Source: Octopus vulgaris (Eukaryota). Taken from it: a DNA stretch of 64,000 nucleotides. This document shows, in pieces, positions 12,509 to 24,633 of this stretch (position 1 is the stretch's first letter; each line of letters begins with the position of its first letter). The position numbers and the translations under genes were made by a program. The stretch is from the NCBI GenBank assembly GCA_951406725.2, contig OX597840.1, positions 13,640,001 to 13,704,000 on the forward strand, read 5' to 3'. The notes under the pieces are model-generated. The model was not told the DNA's origin, searched no databases, and worked only from the letters and a program-made list of their open reading frames with translations.

Positions 12509-12700
12509 TGAATTGTGAAATAATGGATCAAAACTTGAAAAGTCTTATTTGTGTCTGGAGAATATAGAGAAGCAACATCGGAATACTGTCTCCAGGACAT
12601 GGGGTTGGTCAAGTTGTACGGATATACATATGTATATATGTACACACACACACACATATATATATACACACATATGCATATATATATATATATATATATA

Positions 12701-12750
<50 letters not shown>

Positions 12751-12779
12751 TATATATATATATATGTGTGTGTGTGTGA

Positions 12780-12828
<49 letters not shown>

Positions 12829-13083
12829 CATATATATGTATGTTTGTGTGTCTGTGTTTGTCTCCCCCAACATAGCTTGACAACTGATGCTGGTGTGTTT
12901 ACATCCCCGTAACTTAGCGGTTCAGCTAAAAAGACCAATAGAATAAGTACTAGGCTTACAAAGAATAAGTCCTGGGGTCAGTTTGTTCGACTAAAGGCGG
13001 TGCTCCAGCATGGCCACAGTCAAATGACTGAAACAAGTAAAAGAGTAATGTTCATGAAATTCAATTAGTGGTTTCATACTTTT

Positions 13084-13191
13084 GCAGTAATCAAATTTCA
13101 ACAGGTGTTAACTGACAGTTGAGTCAAGTGTTTGGTCAAGCATTCAACTCAACTGTCAGTAAAATAAACTTAGAAATCTGATGATTACTGC
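13084..13191. repeat. About 108-bp imperfect palindrome (MITE-like)
   Basis: Inner arms actgacagttgagt / actcaactgtcagt; outer arms gcagtaatca / tgattactgc. Confidence 0.6.
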
Positions 13192-13332
13192 GCACTTCAA
13201 CATTGTAAAAAAAAATTTTTTTAAATACAATAATAAAAACAGGAAAACTAGACCATGTTGTAACTTTATTCAACTGATGTATTATTCTATACACATTTCC
13301 ACAAATTCAGAATATATATATATATATATATA

Positions 13333-13558
13333 GGTTATAAAATGAGATAGGGGTTGAGAATTCAACCCACCATGGGATAATATATATCCAATATACTGCC
13401 AGATAGGTACCCAACAAGACTAATACATAGATGTTAAAAATTGTCAAACAATCAGTTCATCTATTGTATTATATGGGTAAAGGTAATAATATTACCGTAA
13501 ATTAATACTACAAAATTAGAGAATGGAGAAACATGCTTCTCCATTCTCTAATTTTGTA

Positions 13559-13562
<4 letters not shown>
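13333..13562 (-). mobile_element. PLE-like terminal fragment in (TA)n with a perfect 26-bp fold-back
   Basis: Arms 13505-13530 / 13537-13562; the body is homologous to 55233-55515. Confidence 0.65.
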
Positions 13563-13592
<30 letters not shown>

Positions 13593-13594
<2 letters not shown>

Positions 13595-13851
13595 CAAATA
13601 AGAAAATGGAGAAGCACATTAGTTGGTTCATCAGCTTTAGGACATTAAAATGTTGACTTATTTATTTATCAAAACAACGACCATAATAACATACATACAT
13701 ACAGTATATTATTCAATGCATATAATATAAGAATACAAGCAGTAATTAAAAAACATGAATATAAATTATTAAAATCACTTACAGCTGATTCAGCCTATAG
13801 ATAATAGTAACTCATTGTGCCTATATTAGTCAAGTGTATTGAGATGATAGG

Positions 13852-13856
<5 letters not shown>
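13593..13856 (-). mobile_element. PLE-like terminal fragment in (TA)n with a degenerate HHR 3' half
   Basis: Minus strand ggctGAATCAGCTGTAagtg at 13777-13795 (HHR consensus GAAAC-AGCT-GTA); begins with aaataagaaaatgga, as in the 55233 family. Confidence 0.5.
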
Positions 13857-13891
<35 letters not shown>

Positions 13892-13995
13892 ATGGTAAGA
13901 CAACAAAAGAATGAAAGAGACCTCAATATTATGTAAATAGAGGAATTTATCTGTAAATGTAATATGTGACAATTATTCGGTAGCAGTTTATTTTT

Positions 13996-14343
13996 AGCAC
14001 TGCCTTTAGTCGAGTAAATCGACCCCAGGACTTATTCTTTGTAAGCCTAGTACTTATTCTATCGGTCTCTTTTGCCTAACCGCTAAGTTACAGGGATGTA
14101 AACACACCAGCATCAGTTGTCAAGTGATGTTGGGGGGACAAACACAGACACACAAACATACATATATATGCATATATACGATGGGCTTCTTTCAGTTTCC
14201 GTCTACCGAATCCACTCACAAGGTTTTGGTCGGCCCAAGGCTATAGCAGAAGACCCTTGCCCAAGGTGCCACGCAGTATGATTGAACCCAGAACCATGTG
14301 GTTTGTAAGCAAGCTACTTGCCACACAGCCACTCCTGCGCCTG
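13996..14343 (-). mobile_element. SINE family A
   Basis: Same consensus. Confidence 0.9.
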
Positions 14344-15480
14344 TATGATAAAAGATATAAAATGAACATAAGTATTTCTCTGCTGAAATTTAGCAGCTTA
14401 GGTGTTGTTTGAAACCAGATCAGTTCTGATTAGATAGATTTATAGACATTCCAGCTGTGACCATCTTGTCATTTTTTTTTTCCAGATGAAGTGTTTAAAG
14501 AACATTATTCATTATCTCCTTTATTAAAGATAGTAGGATGTGATTTGAGGGAGACTTAGTTGCTACTTCTTGCAGGATGGTCAAGCAGATGCTCTTTCAT
14601 TGACTTGTGACTGACTCATTTGTTTTGTTGTGTAATTCCATAGGAATGACTGACCAGTCCTATGGTATATTGACATGCTATAAATGATAGTCAAACATTC
14701 TTCAACTATTACACTACAATATTAAAAATAAACACTTGAATGTATTCGTCCTCAAATTACACCCTATTTTTATATGTATGCCTGCACACATGTATGGGCT
14801 GACATGGGTGCTTCTACATGCCATTGCAGCCTGGTAGAGATAATTGGTAGAATGTTAATAATCAGAACTGATAACCTGCATTCCCAAATGGATCACTTGA
14901 AGACTGTGGACATCTTTTCCACATGAAATCATCGATTACCTTTTTAATCCACAAATAACAGATATTTAGCCACCAAATGCAGTGTTGAGAACTCATTTTC
15001 ACTGTCTGATACCATTATATATGTGTGTGTGTGTGTGTGTGTGTTCATGTATATACAAGCCAGTAAGTAAGACATATAAATGGGTGCTATATGTGATAGA
15101 AAAAACAGCCAAATCTTCCTCTAATCACTTTTCGGTCACACAATGCAGCACTGACCTGGACGTTTCAATCATTTCTTGAAAATTTAATGGCTACAGTTGT
15201 TTCCTTTTTCCAGACTGTTTCCGAATCCAAATGCTTTTCCATTTGAATTTAAAATATTTTGATTTTCTTTTCTGACTCAGCTTTCCATGAACATAAATCT
15301 CAAGGGCAATCACTGAACATTTTAAAATTGAAATTTGTGGATATTGTCTTTTTAATAGTCAGGTTTATGTTAAGACAATAAAAGACCCTGGTAGACTCTT
15401 CAGCCCAGCATCACAAGTCCAAACCCAAAATATTCATCCCAAGGGTTTATATTTTTGTATTATATATATATATATGTATG

Positions 15481-15531
<51 letters not shown>

Positions 15532-15569
15532 AATAAATACAAAATACATATATATATACACACATACAT

Positions 15570-16048
15570 GCAAAACCTCTGGAGGTATGCTGTGACTGAG
15601 AAAACCCGGCAAATAAAGTGAGTCCAGAGCTGTAACCTACACCAGTGTTGCATAACCCGCCCCAGCCCATTCAAAAGTATCTTGGATCATAGGGTGACAT
15701 GCTATGCTTGAAAAGACCTATTGAATCAAGTACATCAACATCAGCAATATCAAAATCAAATCAAATGGAAATTATAGTTGTGAGCCCTGTGCCGGTAGCA
15801 TGTAAAAAGCACCATCCAAATGTGGCCAATGCCAGTACAGCTTTGACTAGCTTCTGTGCCAGTAGCATGTAAAAAAGCACCCACTACACTCTCGGAGTGG
15901 TTGGCGTTAGGAAGGGCATCCAACTGTACAAACACTGCTAGATCAGACTGAGGCCTGGTGCAGCCTCCTAGCTTCCCAGACCCCAGTCAAACCATCCAAT
16001 CCATGCCAGGATGGAAAACAGATGTTAAACGATGATGATGATGATGAT
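15570..16048 (+). mobile_element. RTE LINE 3' end with (GAT)n tail
   Basis: gccggt.gca.gtaaaaagcacc repeats, ggcgttaggaagggcatcc motif and (gat)n tail. Confidence 0.85.
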
Positions 16049-16084
16049 ACATACATACATATGTATGTGTATATATATATATAT

Positions 16085-16145
<61 letters not shown>

Positions 16146-16181
16146 TACATACATACATACATATGTGTTTGTGTTTACATA

Positions 16182-16545
16182 CAAGGTGGTATCAGAAGGT
16201 TCCTTGACTAGTTATGTTTAATAAAAAAAATAACTTATTTACCTAAATTCTAACATCATCTCCTTTGAAATAGTCACCTTGTACAGCAATGCACCGGTTC
16301 CAGCGTTTCTGCCTCTTTTGGAATGGGAGCTGAGAGTTGTTTTCCGAAAGCAAGTCAAGGACCTCTGTGATTTGCTTTGGATCTTGACAACAGTGTTAAA
16401 TAATGACCTTTGAGCTGGATTTTCATCTTGGGGAAGAGGTGGAAGTCTGCAAATATGGCAAATGGGGTGGGTGCAGAAGTGATACCATGTTATTTTTGGC
16501 AAGAAAATCATGAATGAGGAGAGCTTAGTGACAGGGTGCATTCGT
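16182..16545 (-). mobile_element. Mariner transposase C-terminal relic with terminal repeat
   Basis: Minus-strand HDFLAKNNMVSLLHPP, FPKMKIQLKG and FQKRQKRWNRCIAVQGDYFKGD. Confidence 0.8.
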
Positions 16546-17252
16546 AATTCCCTTTGCATCAATTAAATTCATAATATTTCTTTGCAATTAAATGTTTACC
16601 TCATCTAATTTAATGAAAATATCATAAGAATATGCAACATCAACTCTTTAATTGCTTAGTTCATTGTACATGTCCTCTTCACATGAATTAAGAAATTCTA
16701 AACCAGTGCAACTGAGATCATAAAAATGCTTTAAACAAATTCTATTCACAAGCGATCGTATCCCAGTATGAAGCAGCAGGCATTTAAAATTTACTTCTTT
16801 GTTATGGCAAAGCTTCCAAAAGATACTGTCATTCAGTGAATAGGTCTCGATTTTATTTACTGCTCTAATCACCTCATTCAACATGTTATGTAGCCCAGCG
16901 CTAAGACATTTTGCAGCCAAGTGTTCTTGATGAATAATGCAGTAAACTGCAAATATATGTAGAACTGCTTCCTTTAAATGTGCTATGAATTCACAATAAT
17001 GGCCTATCACAGCTGGTGCAACAGATGTTGCACACACAATATTTTTGAGAAGAATATTCTTAGCACTAAAAAGATCTTTAACAACCTTAAAAATTGTAGA
17101 AACTTTTGTTTCAAGTACCATCTTTCAGCAAATAGAGACTCTTCAAAAATTTCCTAATTTGAATTTACGTAACGGACAAAGTCCATTCATAAAAATTCAT
17201 TGTTGTGTAAAGTTGACTCATCAAGTTGTAAAGAAAATTCTTTGTTTTTTAA

Positions 17253-17789
17253 CCCTTTTGAATTCAGATTTCTCTGTCAAATGTCTGAGTCTGAGACCCC
17301 CTTCAGTTACGACACTGACCATGGGACTGCACCTAGAAATTTACCCTCCCAGGCACAAGTCCGGGCAAGGTGGTTTATGGAAGGCCAGCAGTTGCCCATG
17401 CATACCGGCATTCCCTCTCCATGCCACTGATCTTATCCAAGGGAAAGGCAAAGGGGCCGATACAGCTTGACACCAGTGATGTTGCAACTCATTTCTACAG
17501 CTGAGTGAACTGGAGCAATGTGAAATAAAGTGTCTTGCTCAAGAACACAACACGCAGCCCAGTCCAGGATTCGAGCTCACAACCTCACGATCGTAAGTTC
17601 AACGCTCTAACGACTGAGCCATGCACCTTCACAAATGTCAAATGTAATGCTTATTTATTCACAGAGTCTTGAATTAATTCTGCATTATCTTGACATTGTA
17701 GGGTAGGTCAGAGAGGCTGGATTAGGTCAGTTTTCACATACAACTGGTAGAATATTTGGACCGGATATGGCCAGTAAAATGCTAAAGGG
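17253..17789 (-). mobile_element. piggyBac-like MITE (TTAA TSD, CCC...GGG ends) containing a SINE; related copies at 40120-40343 and 56728-56947
   Basis: TTAA at 17249-17252 and 17790-17793; ends cccttttgaattc / aatgctaaaggg. Confidence 0.75.
17286..17631 (-). mobile_element. SINE family B variant, 8-bp TSD
   Basis: TSD caaatgtc at 17278-17285 and 17632-17639; sister copy at 34330-34666. Confidence 0.85.
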
Positions 17790-17960
17790 TTAAGCATCAC
17801 ACTTTACATTCCACATCTTTTGCCACTTCATCTATTCTTGCTGCCACTTGTACTATTATATAGGCGTAGGAGTGGCTGTGAGGTAAGCAGCTTGCTTCCC
17901 AACCACATGGTTCCAAGCATCTACCTGGCACCTTGGGCAAGAATCTTCTACTATTTTTCC

Positions 17961-18362
17961 TATAGGCACAGGAGTGGCTGTGTGGTAAGTAGCTTGCTTA
18001 CCAATCATATAGTCCCGAGTTCAATCCCACTGCATGGCACCTAGGGCAAATGTCTTCTACTATAGCCTTGGGCTGACCAAAGCCTTGTGAGTGGATTTGG
18101 TAGACGGAAACTGAAAGAAGCCTGTCGTATATATGTGTGTATGCATGTATATATATGTGTGTCTGTGCTTATCCTCCCGACATTGCTTGACAACCGATGC
18201 TAGTGTGTTTACATCCCCGTAACTTAGCGGTTCGGCAAAAGAGACCGATAGAATAAGTACTAGGCTTACAAAGAATAAGTCCTGGGGCCGATTTGCTCGA
18301 CAAAAGGCTGTGCTCCAGCATAGCCACAGTCAAATGACTGAAACAAGTAAAAGAGTAAAAGA
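17961..18362 (+). mobile_element. SINE family A, preceded by a partial head copy at 17858-17950
   Basis: Same consensus. Confidence 0.9.
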
Positions 18363-18445
18363 ATATTACTGAGAGGAATTGACACAGCTATAGCGCTTTT
18401 ACCTGGACAAATCACAGCATCCAAAACTTGCATTTATATCTGGTA

Positions 18446-18865
18446 ACTCTTTTACTTGATTCAGTCATTTGACTGTGGCCATGCTGGAGCACTGCCTTTA
18501 GTCAAGCAAATCGGCCCCAGGACTTATTCTTTGTTAGCCTAGTACTTATTCTATCAATATCTTTTGCCGAACCGCTAAGTTATGGGGACGTAAACACACC
18601 AGCATCGGTTGTCAAACGATGTTGGGGGGAACAAACACAGACACACAAACATACACACACACACATGTATATCTATATATATATATATATACATATATAC
18701 GACAGGCTTCTTTCAGTTTCCGTCTACCAAATCCACTCACAAGGCTTTGGTTGGCCCGAGGCTATAGTAGAAGACACTTGCCCAAGGTGCCACGCAGTGG
18801 GAATGAATCCAGAACTATGTGGTTCGTAAGCAAGCTACTTACCACACAGCCACTCCTGCGCCTAT
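18446..18865 (-). mobile_element. SINE family A
   Basis: Same consensus; tail-to-tail with the previous copy. Confidence 0.9.
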
Positions 18866-19480
18866 AAATGGGGTAAGAGAAGAGTTTCAACAATAGTATG
18901 TGGTTTTCCTCTCTATCTGCTCAGTCAAAGTCGGTTACTCGATGGATCAGTGTCCTCCAGCCAGCTCTATCCTGGGTTGCTTCTATCAGATTGGCTATGG
19001 CCATTTTCCTGTCAATCTTGATGATTTTCCACATTTCACAATTAAATTTTGAGAGTTTATAATACATAACCAACCCTTTCTCAATTTGCTTCGTTTGTTT
19101 GGTAAAATCAACCCTTTAAGATTATTTTTAAAATAATTTTTCATTCGAAGTAGTCTTCACCTTTTCCTTCTTTATCTGGATTCATTTTTTGTTAATGTTC
19201 AATCATTGTTGAAGGCTTCAGTGCTTCATTTGAGAAGGCTTTTTTTTCACATATTAAACACAGCAGCAACTGCTCATTATTTAAGGAGGGAATAAATCCA
19301 TATTTCAAATATTCACTCAAGCATTGATGACACTTTCTTTTCCCACTCACGCTAAATTTTTAAAAGAATAACTTACACAGCATTGAATCATATCACTAAA
19401 CAAAATATAATGGAGAAAACAAACAAGATTGCTTAAAAATATTATTCAAGACAAAAGTATGCGATTAAAAATGAATTATT

Positions 19481-19769
19481 TTTCGTTTTTGGATTTGGTT
19501 TGCAAGATTCTTTATATGAATTCGTGTGTTGAAGCATATTCTGTTGTGTCTGGGGAGAGTCATTTTCTTTTTGTGCCTTATAATTTAATACACTCACTGG
19601 TAAGATTTCCACTTATTTCTTATTTTTATTTGCCTAAAATTTTCGTTGCGTCTTGCAACTTTTTCAATAGTCCTAAAATTTTCGTTGCAAGACGCATCGA
19701 AAATTTTAGGAGGCTAAAAATTAAAAATAAGTGGAAATTTTACCGGTGCGTGTGTTAAATTATAAGGCA
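19481..19769 (-). mobile_element. PLE-like terminal fragment with inverted 5' duplication and 15-bp TSD
   Basis: TSD taaaaatgaattatt at 19466-19480 and 19770-19784; inverted arms about 19572-19659 / 19685-19769; contains an HHR. Confidence 0.75.
19634..19670 (-). ncRNA. Minimal type I hammerhead ribozyme, U3:A8 variant
   Basis: cua-UUGAAAA-a-GUUGC aagac GCAAC-GAAA-AU-U-U-uag; palindromic helix III (AAAAUUUU); stem I only 3 bp. Confidence 0.65.
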
Positions 19770-19924
19770 TAAAAATGAATTATTCTTGTACAAACATGTC
19801 TTTAGCAACAATATATACTTATCCTTCATTTTATTTTAATAACCATCGTTTTATCATGTATAATATAATTACTACTATAGGTAAAATTTAGTGTGTTAAT
19901 TGTGTTTTTTTTTGTTTTTTTTCC

Positions 19925-20115
19925 CTCGCTCCACAAAAGCCGAACACCCTCTCGACCTGCCCTGCTCCCGCTTAGGAAGACTAAAGGAATATTTCAATTA
20001 ATCAGTTGGTAAGGGAGGTAACTTCTTAATTGACGCTGGCAAGAGTTATCTCTATTTACCATTTGAAGGTTAAGAACGGACAACACAAAACCCACAGCTG
20101 CCGCTGCAGGTCAGT
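19925..20115 (+). promoter_or_regulatory. Candidate promoter / non-coding first exon of TMEM69
   Basis: Local CpG enrichment in unique sequence; donor-like CAG|GTCAGT at 20109/20110; imperfect inverted pair AAGGGAGGTAACT (20011-20023) / AGTTATCTCT (20044-20053). Confidence 0.4.
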
Positions 20116-20436
20116 TATTTCACGATCTCTTTTTGTTCTAGGTTCCTTGTTTTTTTGTTGTTGGTCAGTTCAAAGCCTTCATATGTTTTAAAATAAATCA
20201 TTAATTAATAGATGTTAATTAGGGATCGCCGATCATTATATTCAACGCCCTAAATAAGACTTCTACTCGTCGAAGTACCTTTTCGAAAAAGAAAAAAAAG
20301 TTTCTTTGCACATCAAACAATCCGAAATTATCGGCACTGGTCACACATATACACAAGTGCATCTGTAGTTCATATATCCGAAGAAGAAGAAGAAGCACAT
20401 TCGGACATTAGAGCAGTGATATATATTTTAGGAAGT

Positions 20437-20791
20437 TGTTACGGCCGGTCTTGGAGTGACCCTTGGTTCCACACCCATAAAGCGCTTGGCAGTTTTGGCG
20501 ACCTGTCAAGACTCGAATGGCCCAAACTGCTAAGCGGTTTATAATTGCAAGGCCAGTGGTCACTCTGATACAAGCATTCATCAACAGATGGATATAGAAA
20601 GAGAGGTAGGCATAAGAATTCGTGGCGTAGATCAACACAAAAGGAACTGGACAAAGGGGGACATTCCTGGCAGAGTAGAAGTACAGAAGCGAAAAATTAT
20701 GCGACATGGAATTCAATTATAAGTGGCCGATACTCCGTGTTGGAGGGTTAAAGGCAGGAAAAAAATGGTCATTCTATGACCGGCCGTAACA
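20437..20791. mobile_element. Solo-LTR-like or MITE-like element, 355 bp, with TG...CA ends
   Basis: Terminal inverted repeats TGTTACGGCCGGTCttggagtgacc / ggtcattctatGACCGGCCGTAACA; no clear TSD. Confidence 0.6.
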
Positions 20792-20832
20792 GTTATCTTC
20801 ATGTGTGTGTGTGTATATATATATACATATAT

Positions 20833-20887
<55 letters not shown>

Positions 20888-21420
20888 CACATGTAGCTAT
20901 GTCAGAAAGATACGGGTTGGATAGACGTTTGCTTATTTTTATTTAATCTCTGTAGGAATTTAAGTTGCACACAAGAAAATTGAAAATTGGAATTTCAAAT
21001 ATTAGAGAAAGAAGAAAATGTTTACTTAAATTACGTTTATATATTTGTTTTACTTAAATGTTAAATCGAAAAAAAAAATTAAAGACGCTAAACGTTAGGA
21101 TTGCCTACAATGAATTACATAAATTTTTCTGATGTACTTTTACAATTTATTTTAACAACTATTGCTGCTCGAATACCTTCTTTAAGAAGCTAAATCCAAG
21201 ATCAAATAATTTAACTTCATTTTTTTTTCTTTTAGTATTACATAATCGGAGACAGTCTGTTGATTTTGGCTGCTATTTCTGAAGTCGTACGAGACTCTGT
21301 AGAAAGGCAACGGTCCTCGGCAAGTCAACAAACAACGTGGAAAATTTCTTCGTTGCTAAATTATTTAAAAGGAAGGTGTAAGCAGGTCAGATGCACCCGT
21401 ATATGTGTCAGTAGGGTGGG

Positions 21421-21597
21421 TATATTATCCCAAGTGTACAACATTATATATCCATCACGACTGGTCTTACCAATCGGTTTCGTTCTAGGTTCTCACCAAT
21501 CGATTGTTACTTAGCATTCCATTGTACCCCGGGTACGAAACCGATTGACAAGATCAGCTGTGAGGGATATATGATACTGTACACTTCGGACAACATA
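21421..21597. repeat. Degenerate inverted repeat (about 65-bp arms); probable old PLE fold-back with an HHR-like 3' half
   Basis: Arms about 21421-21489 / 21528-21597; hairpin gtaccccgggtac directly followed by GAAACCG. Confidence 0.5.
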
Positions 21598-21981
21598 TTT
21601 ATAGATAGGTAGGTAGATAGATAGAAGAAAAGATCCTATATTATTAAATCAGTCATTTATTGCGACTTCCTTTCTTTCTCTGGATTCTTTCTAATTTGCT
21701 GGGGATTTAACTGCTATTTATAGCATGTTGAGCACACTGGGAGTCATCGGTTGTTCGTGTTATTGGACGCTGCTCGTCACACGACCATGAGTTCGAATCC
21801 AGAAAATAGCGTCGCTGCAGCGTAAAAAAAAAAAAGCCGGTAAATGTATTCCTGTAGAATAGAGTCGGAAATTATCCAGTTCTTCAAGGACAGCTGCAGA
21901 AAAAGTTTCCGTTTTGTCTTTTTTCGGATTTACGTAAAAACCACAATTCTGAAGAATTTCGAGTGTTTGAAACAAATATTC

Positions 21982-22358
21982 GGATCTTTTCGGTTTGAAC
22001 GGCAGTTTTTTCTAGCAGTGTCATATCAAGTTCTCACCCATAATTATGACCCTAGTATCGATCTATTGCATTCTGTTTTAGGGTTAGGGTTAGTGGGGGA
22101 ACCCAATCTGTTTCTTAAACGAGGGACATATTCATACGGCACAGAATGTTTTTTTACCACAATTACACCTCATTGATTAGTTGAAATTGCAGAAATTGAA
22201 GAAAAAAAGCAACAAATATATTACAAACTATAGAATTTTCTCAATAAAGCCAAGAGAAAAAGATGTTTTATAAACACATTCTATCAGTATACGAAGTTTA
22301 AAATATTTTAGTTACCTAGAAATTATGTTAAAAACTGCTGTTCAAACCGAAAAGATCC
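21982..22358. mobile_element. MITE with about 29-bp TIRs, GG...CC ends and 8-bp TSD (Merlin-like)
   Basis: ggatcttttcggtttgaacggcagttttt / aaaaactgctgttcaaaccgaaaagatcc; TSD aaatattc at 21974-21981 and 22359-22366; internal TTAGGG repeats. Confidence 0.85.
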
Positions 22359-22371
22359 AAATATTCTTTTA

Positions 22372-22587
22372 TACTTTTTCTTTCATTTGTTTCAGTCATT
22401 TGACTGCGGCCATGCTGGAGCACTGCCTTTAGTCGAGCAAATCAACCCCAGGACTTATGCTTTGTAAGCCTAGTACTTATTCTACCGGTCACTTTTGCTG
22501 AACCACTAAGTGATGGGGACATAAACACACCAGCATCGGTTGTCAAGCAATGCTAGGGGGACAAACACAGACACACAAATACACAAG

Positions 22588-22641
<54 letters not shown>

Positions 22642-22800
22642 TACGACGGGCTTCTTTCAGTTTCTGTCTACCAAATTGACTCACAAGGCTTCGGTTGGCC
22701 AGAGACTATTGTAGAAGACACTTGCCCAAGGTGCCATGCAGTGGGACTGAACCTGGAATTATGTGGTTGGTAAGCAAGCTACATACCACGCAGCCACTCC
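22372..22800 (-). mobile_element. SINE family A
   Basis: Same consensus. Confidence 0.9.
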
Positions 22801-22967
22801 AGCCAATCAAAACGAAATTAATACATTATGGAAAAGGAGGGGCACCACTGCCTTTTATGTTCTTCAGTTTTCTTTTTCTGGTCGTATGTTACTTAAAACA
22901 AAGATCCACAGAAATTACAGTTTTTGGTGGACTAGATAATTTCCAACTGAAGTAGTTAATGTCATAC

Positions 22968-23415
22968 TGTGCCGGTGGCACATAAAAAACACCATTTGAA
23001 TGTGGTCAGTGCCAGTGCTGGTAGACTGGTCCTGTGCTGGTGGTACATAAAAAGCACCATTTGAGCGTGATCAATGCCATTGCTGCCTGACTGGTCCTGT
23101 ACCGGTGGCATGTAAAAAGTACCATTCAAGTGTGGTCGATGCCGGTGCTTGCAGACTGGTCCTGTGCTGGTGGCATGTAAAAAGTACCATTCAAGTGTGG
23201 TCGATGCCAGTACCACCTGACTAGCCCTCATGCTGGTGGCACGTAAAAAGCACCCACTACACTCTCAGAGTGATTGGCGTTAGGAAGGGTGTCCAGCTGT
23301 AGAAACTTTGCCAGATCGGATTAGAGCCGGGTGCAGCCTTCTGACTTGCCAGTCCCCAGTCAAACCGTTCAACCAATGCCAGCATGGAAATCAGATGTTA
23401 AACGATGATGATGAT
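22968..23415 (+). mobile_element. RTE 3' tail with about 5 tandem UTR units
   Basis: Repeated gccggtggca.ataaaaagcaccatt units plus (gat)n. Confidence 0.85.
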
Positions 23416-24547
23416 CAAGATAAATAGCATTGGTTATTTACAGTTAACATCAGCAATAATTATTGACTGAGAGAGAGAGATGCTGCTCTGAGCTTACAGA
23501 AAGCTATTGGTACGGCAACATGTGGTTGGCCCAAGGTGTCTGAAAACAAGTATGTTACATTCATGGCTAAGGAGGTTTGATGTGCTAGAAAATGCACCCA
23601 AATCACCCACTTTAACATTAGTGAATAAATGCTCTGATTCAATTACAAACTCTCTTATTAAACAACAACAGCAACAACACAAACATGAACAGCAGTAACA
23701 TAGAGAGTAAGTCAAAGACTGCAAATCCTGGGTGTTTAAAACCAAAATCCAAAATGTTGTTTGAAAAAAAATGTTGACATGAAAATTTACTACCGTTTTT
23801 CAGAAAACAAAAGTTGACAGGAAGTGCTCATTGCAATGAATATAGCATTATTAGATTTATTGGAACAAGAATTCCAGCCACATTGGAGCCTTTGAAATGT
23901 AAAATAAGCAATAAAAATAAAATTTCATGAAGATATATTCAAATTGGAATCCAGATTTATTTCATACCAAACAGGATGGTCCTGGGGTTTTGGTTACACA
24001 AAAACACAAGGCCAAACTTCATGCTGGCTTATGAGATTTCTTTACTATGGTCTTGGCAGATATCTTTGACAGTTGGCAGCATTATTTGCAGGGCTGTTAG
24101 CTGGAGAATTGGTATATCTGTAACAACAGATCTGTGATCCTTGTACAGATCCTTGTACAACTTGTGACTAGTGGAATACCATAGGTCTGTTAGTCAGAGC
24201 TGACTTCAGGTTACACAATACTAGCAATAAGTGATGAAAATAAGGGAGACGCTTTGTAGACACAGGATCTGCTAGAGACAGCAGCTAAATCTCCATCCAA
24301 TCACACTCTAGCAGCTTAAAAATTAAAAGCCCCATTGGCTAATGACTGAATAAAAAAATGATTCTAACAACTGACCTGAGGCTGCATAACAACACTGGCC
24401 TACACCTCTTTACATTCTTCTTTGGATAATGTAGTCCAGGACAGAGAATGCTCGAAGGACGGTCATGTTTAAGTTTCCTCTGAATAATTTTTTGGTTTTT
24501 CTGCTTATGTGAAAAAGAAATTTATTCTTCTTATAAGAATCGAAAAT

Positions 24548-24633
24548 GTAAGTATTTGGGTTTTTTTTTTAGTGCTAATTTACGTGTTCTTTTAATTCTC
24601 CTTTTAAAATCTGTTATTTTTTTCTTCTTTCAG
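24548..24633 (+). other. Candidate 86-nt intron upstream of the TMEM69 CDS
   Basis: GTAAGT donor at 24548, TGCTAAT branch-like motif, long polypyrimidine tract, TTTCAG acceptor ending 24633. Confidence 0.55.

Larger units (their letters stand above)
16560..19345 (-). mobile_element. Fragmented hAT (Buster/Charlie, SCAND3/ZBED5-like) transposase relic
   Basis: Collinear minus-strand motifs: EYLKYGF..LCLICEK..SNEALKPS (BED finger, about 19220-19340), IPLSN (about 18370), ARIDEVAKDVE (about 17810-17850), FSLQLDEST (about 17215-17240), CIIHQEHLAAK and LLLHT (16648-17121). Confidence 0.88.

Noticed and set aside
12406-12938. Many [12 protein letters not shown] ORFs here and throughout the window
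   Set aside because: These are translations of dinucleotide microsatellites.
16648-17121. Domesticated ZBED/SCAND3-like gene
   Set aside because: Catalytic motifs are mutated (ATSVAP for ATDGAP; GIRSL for EVRWL) and the ORF is broken by several insertions.
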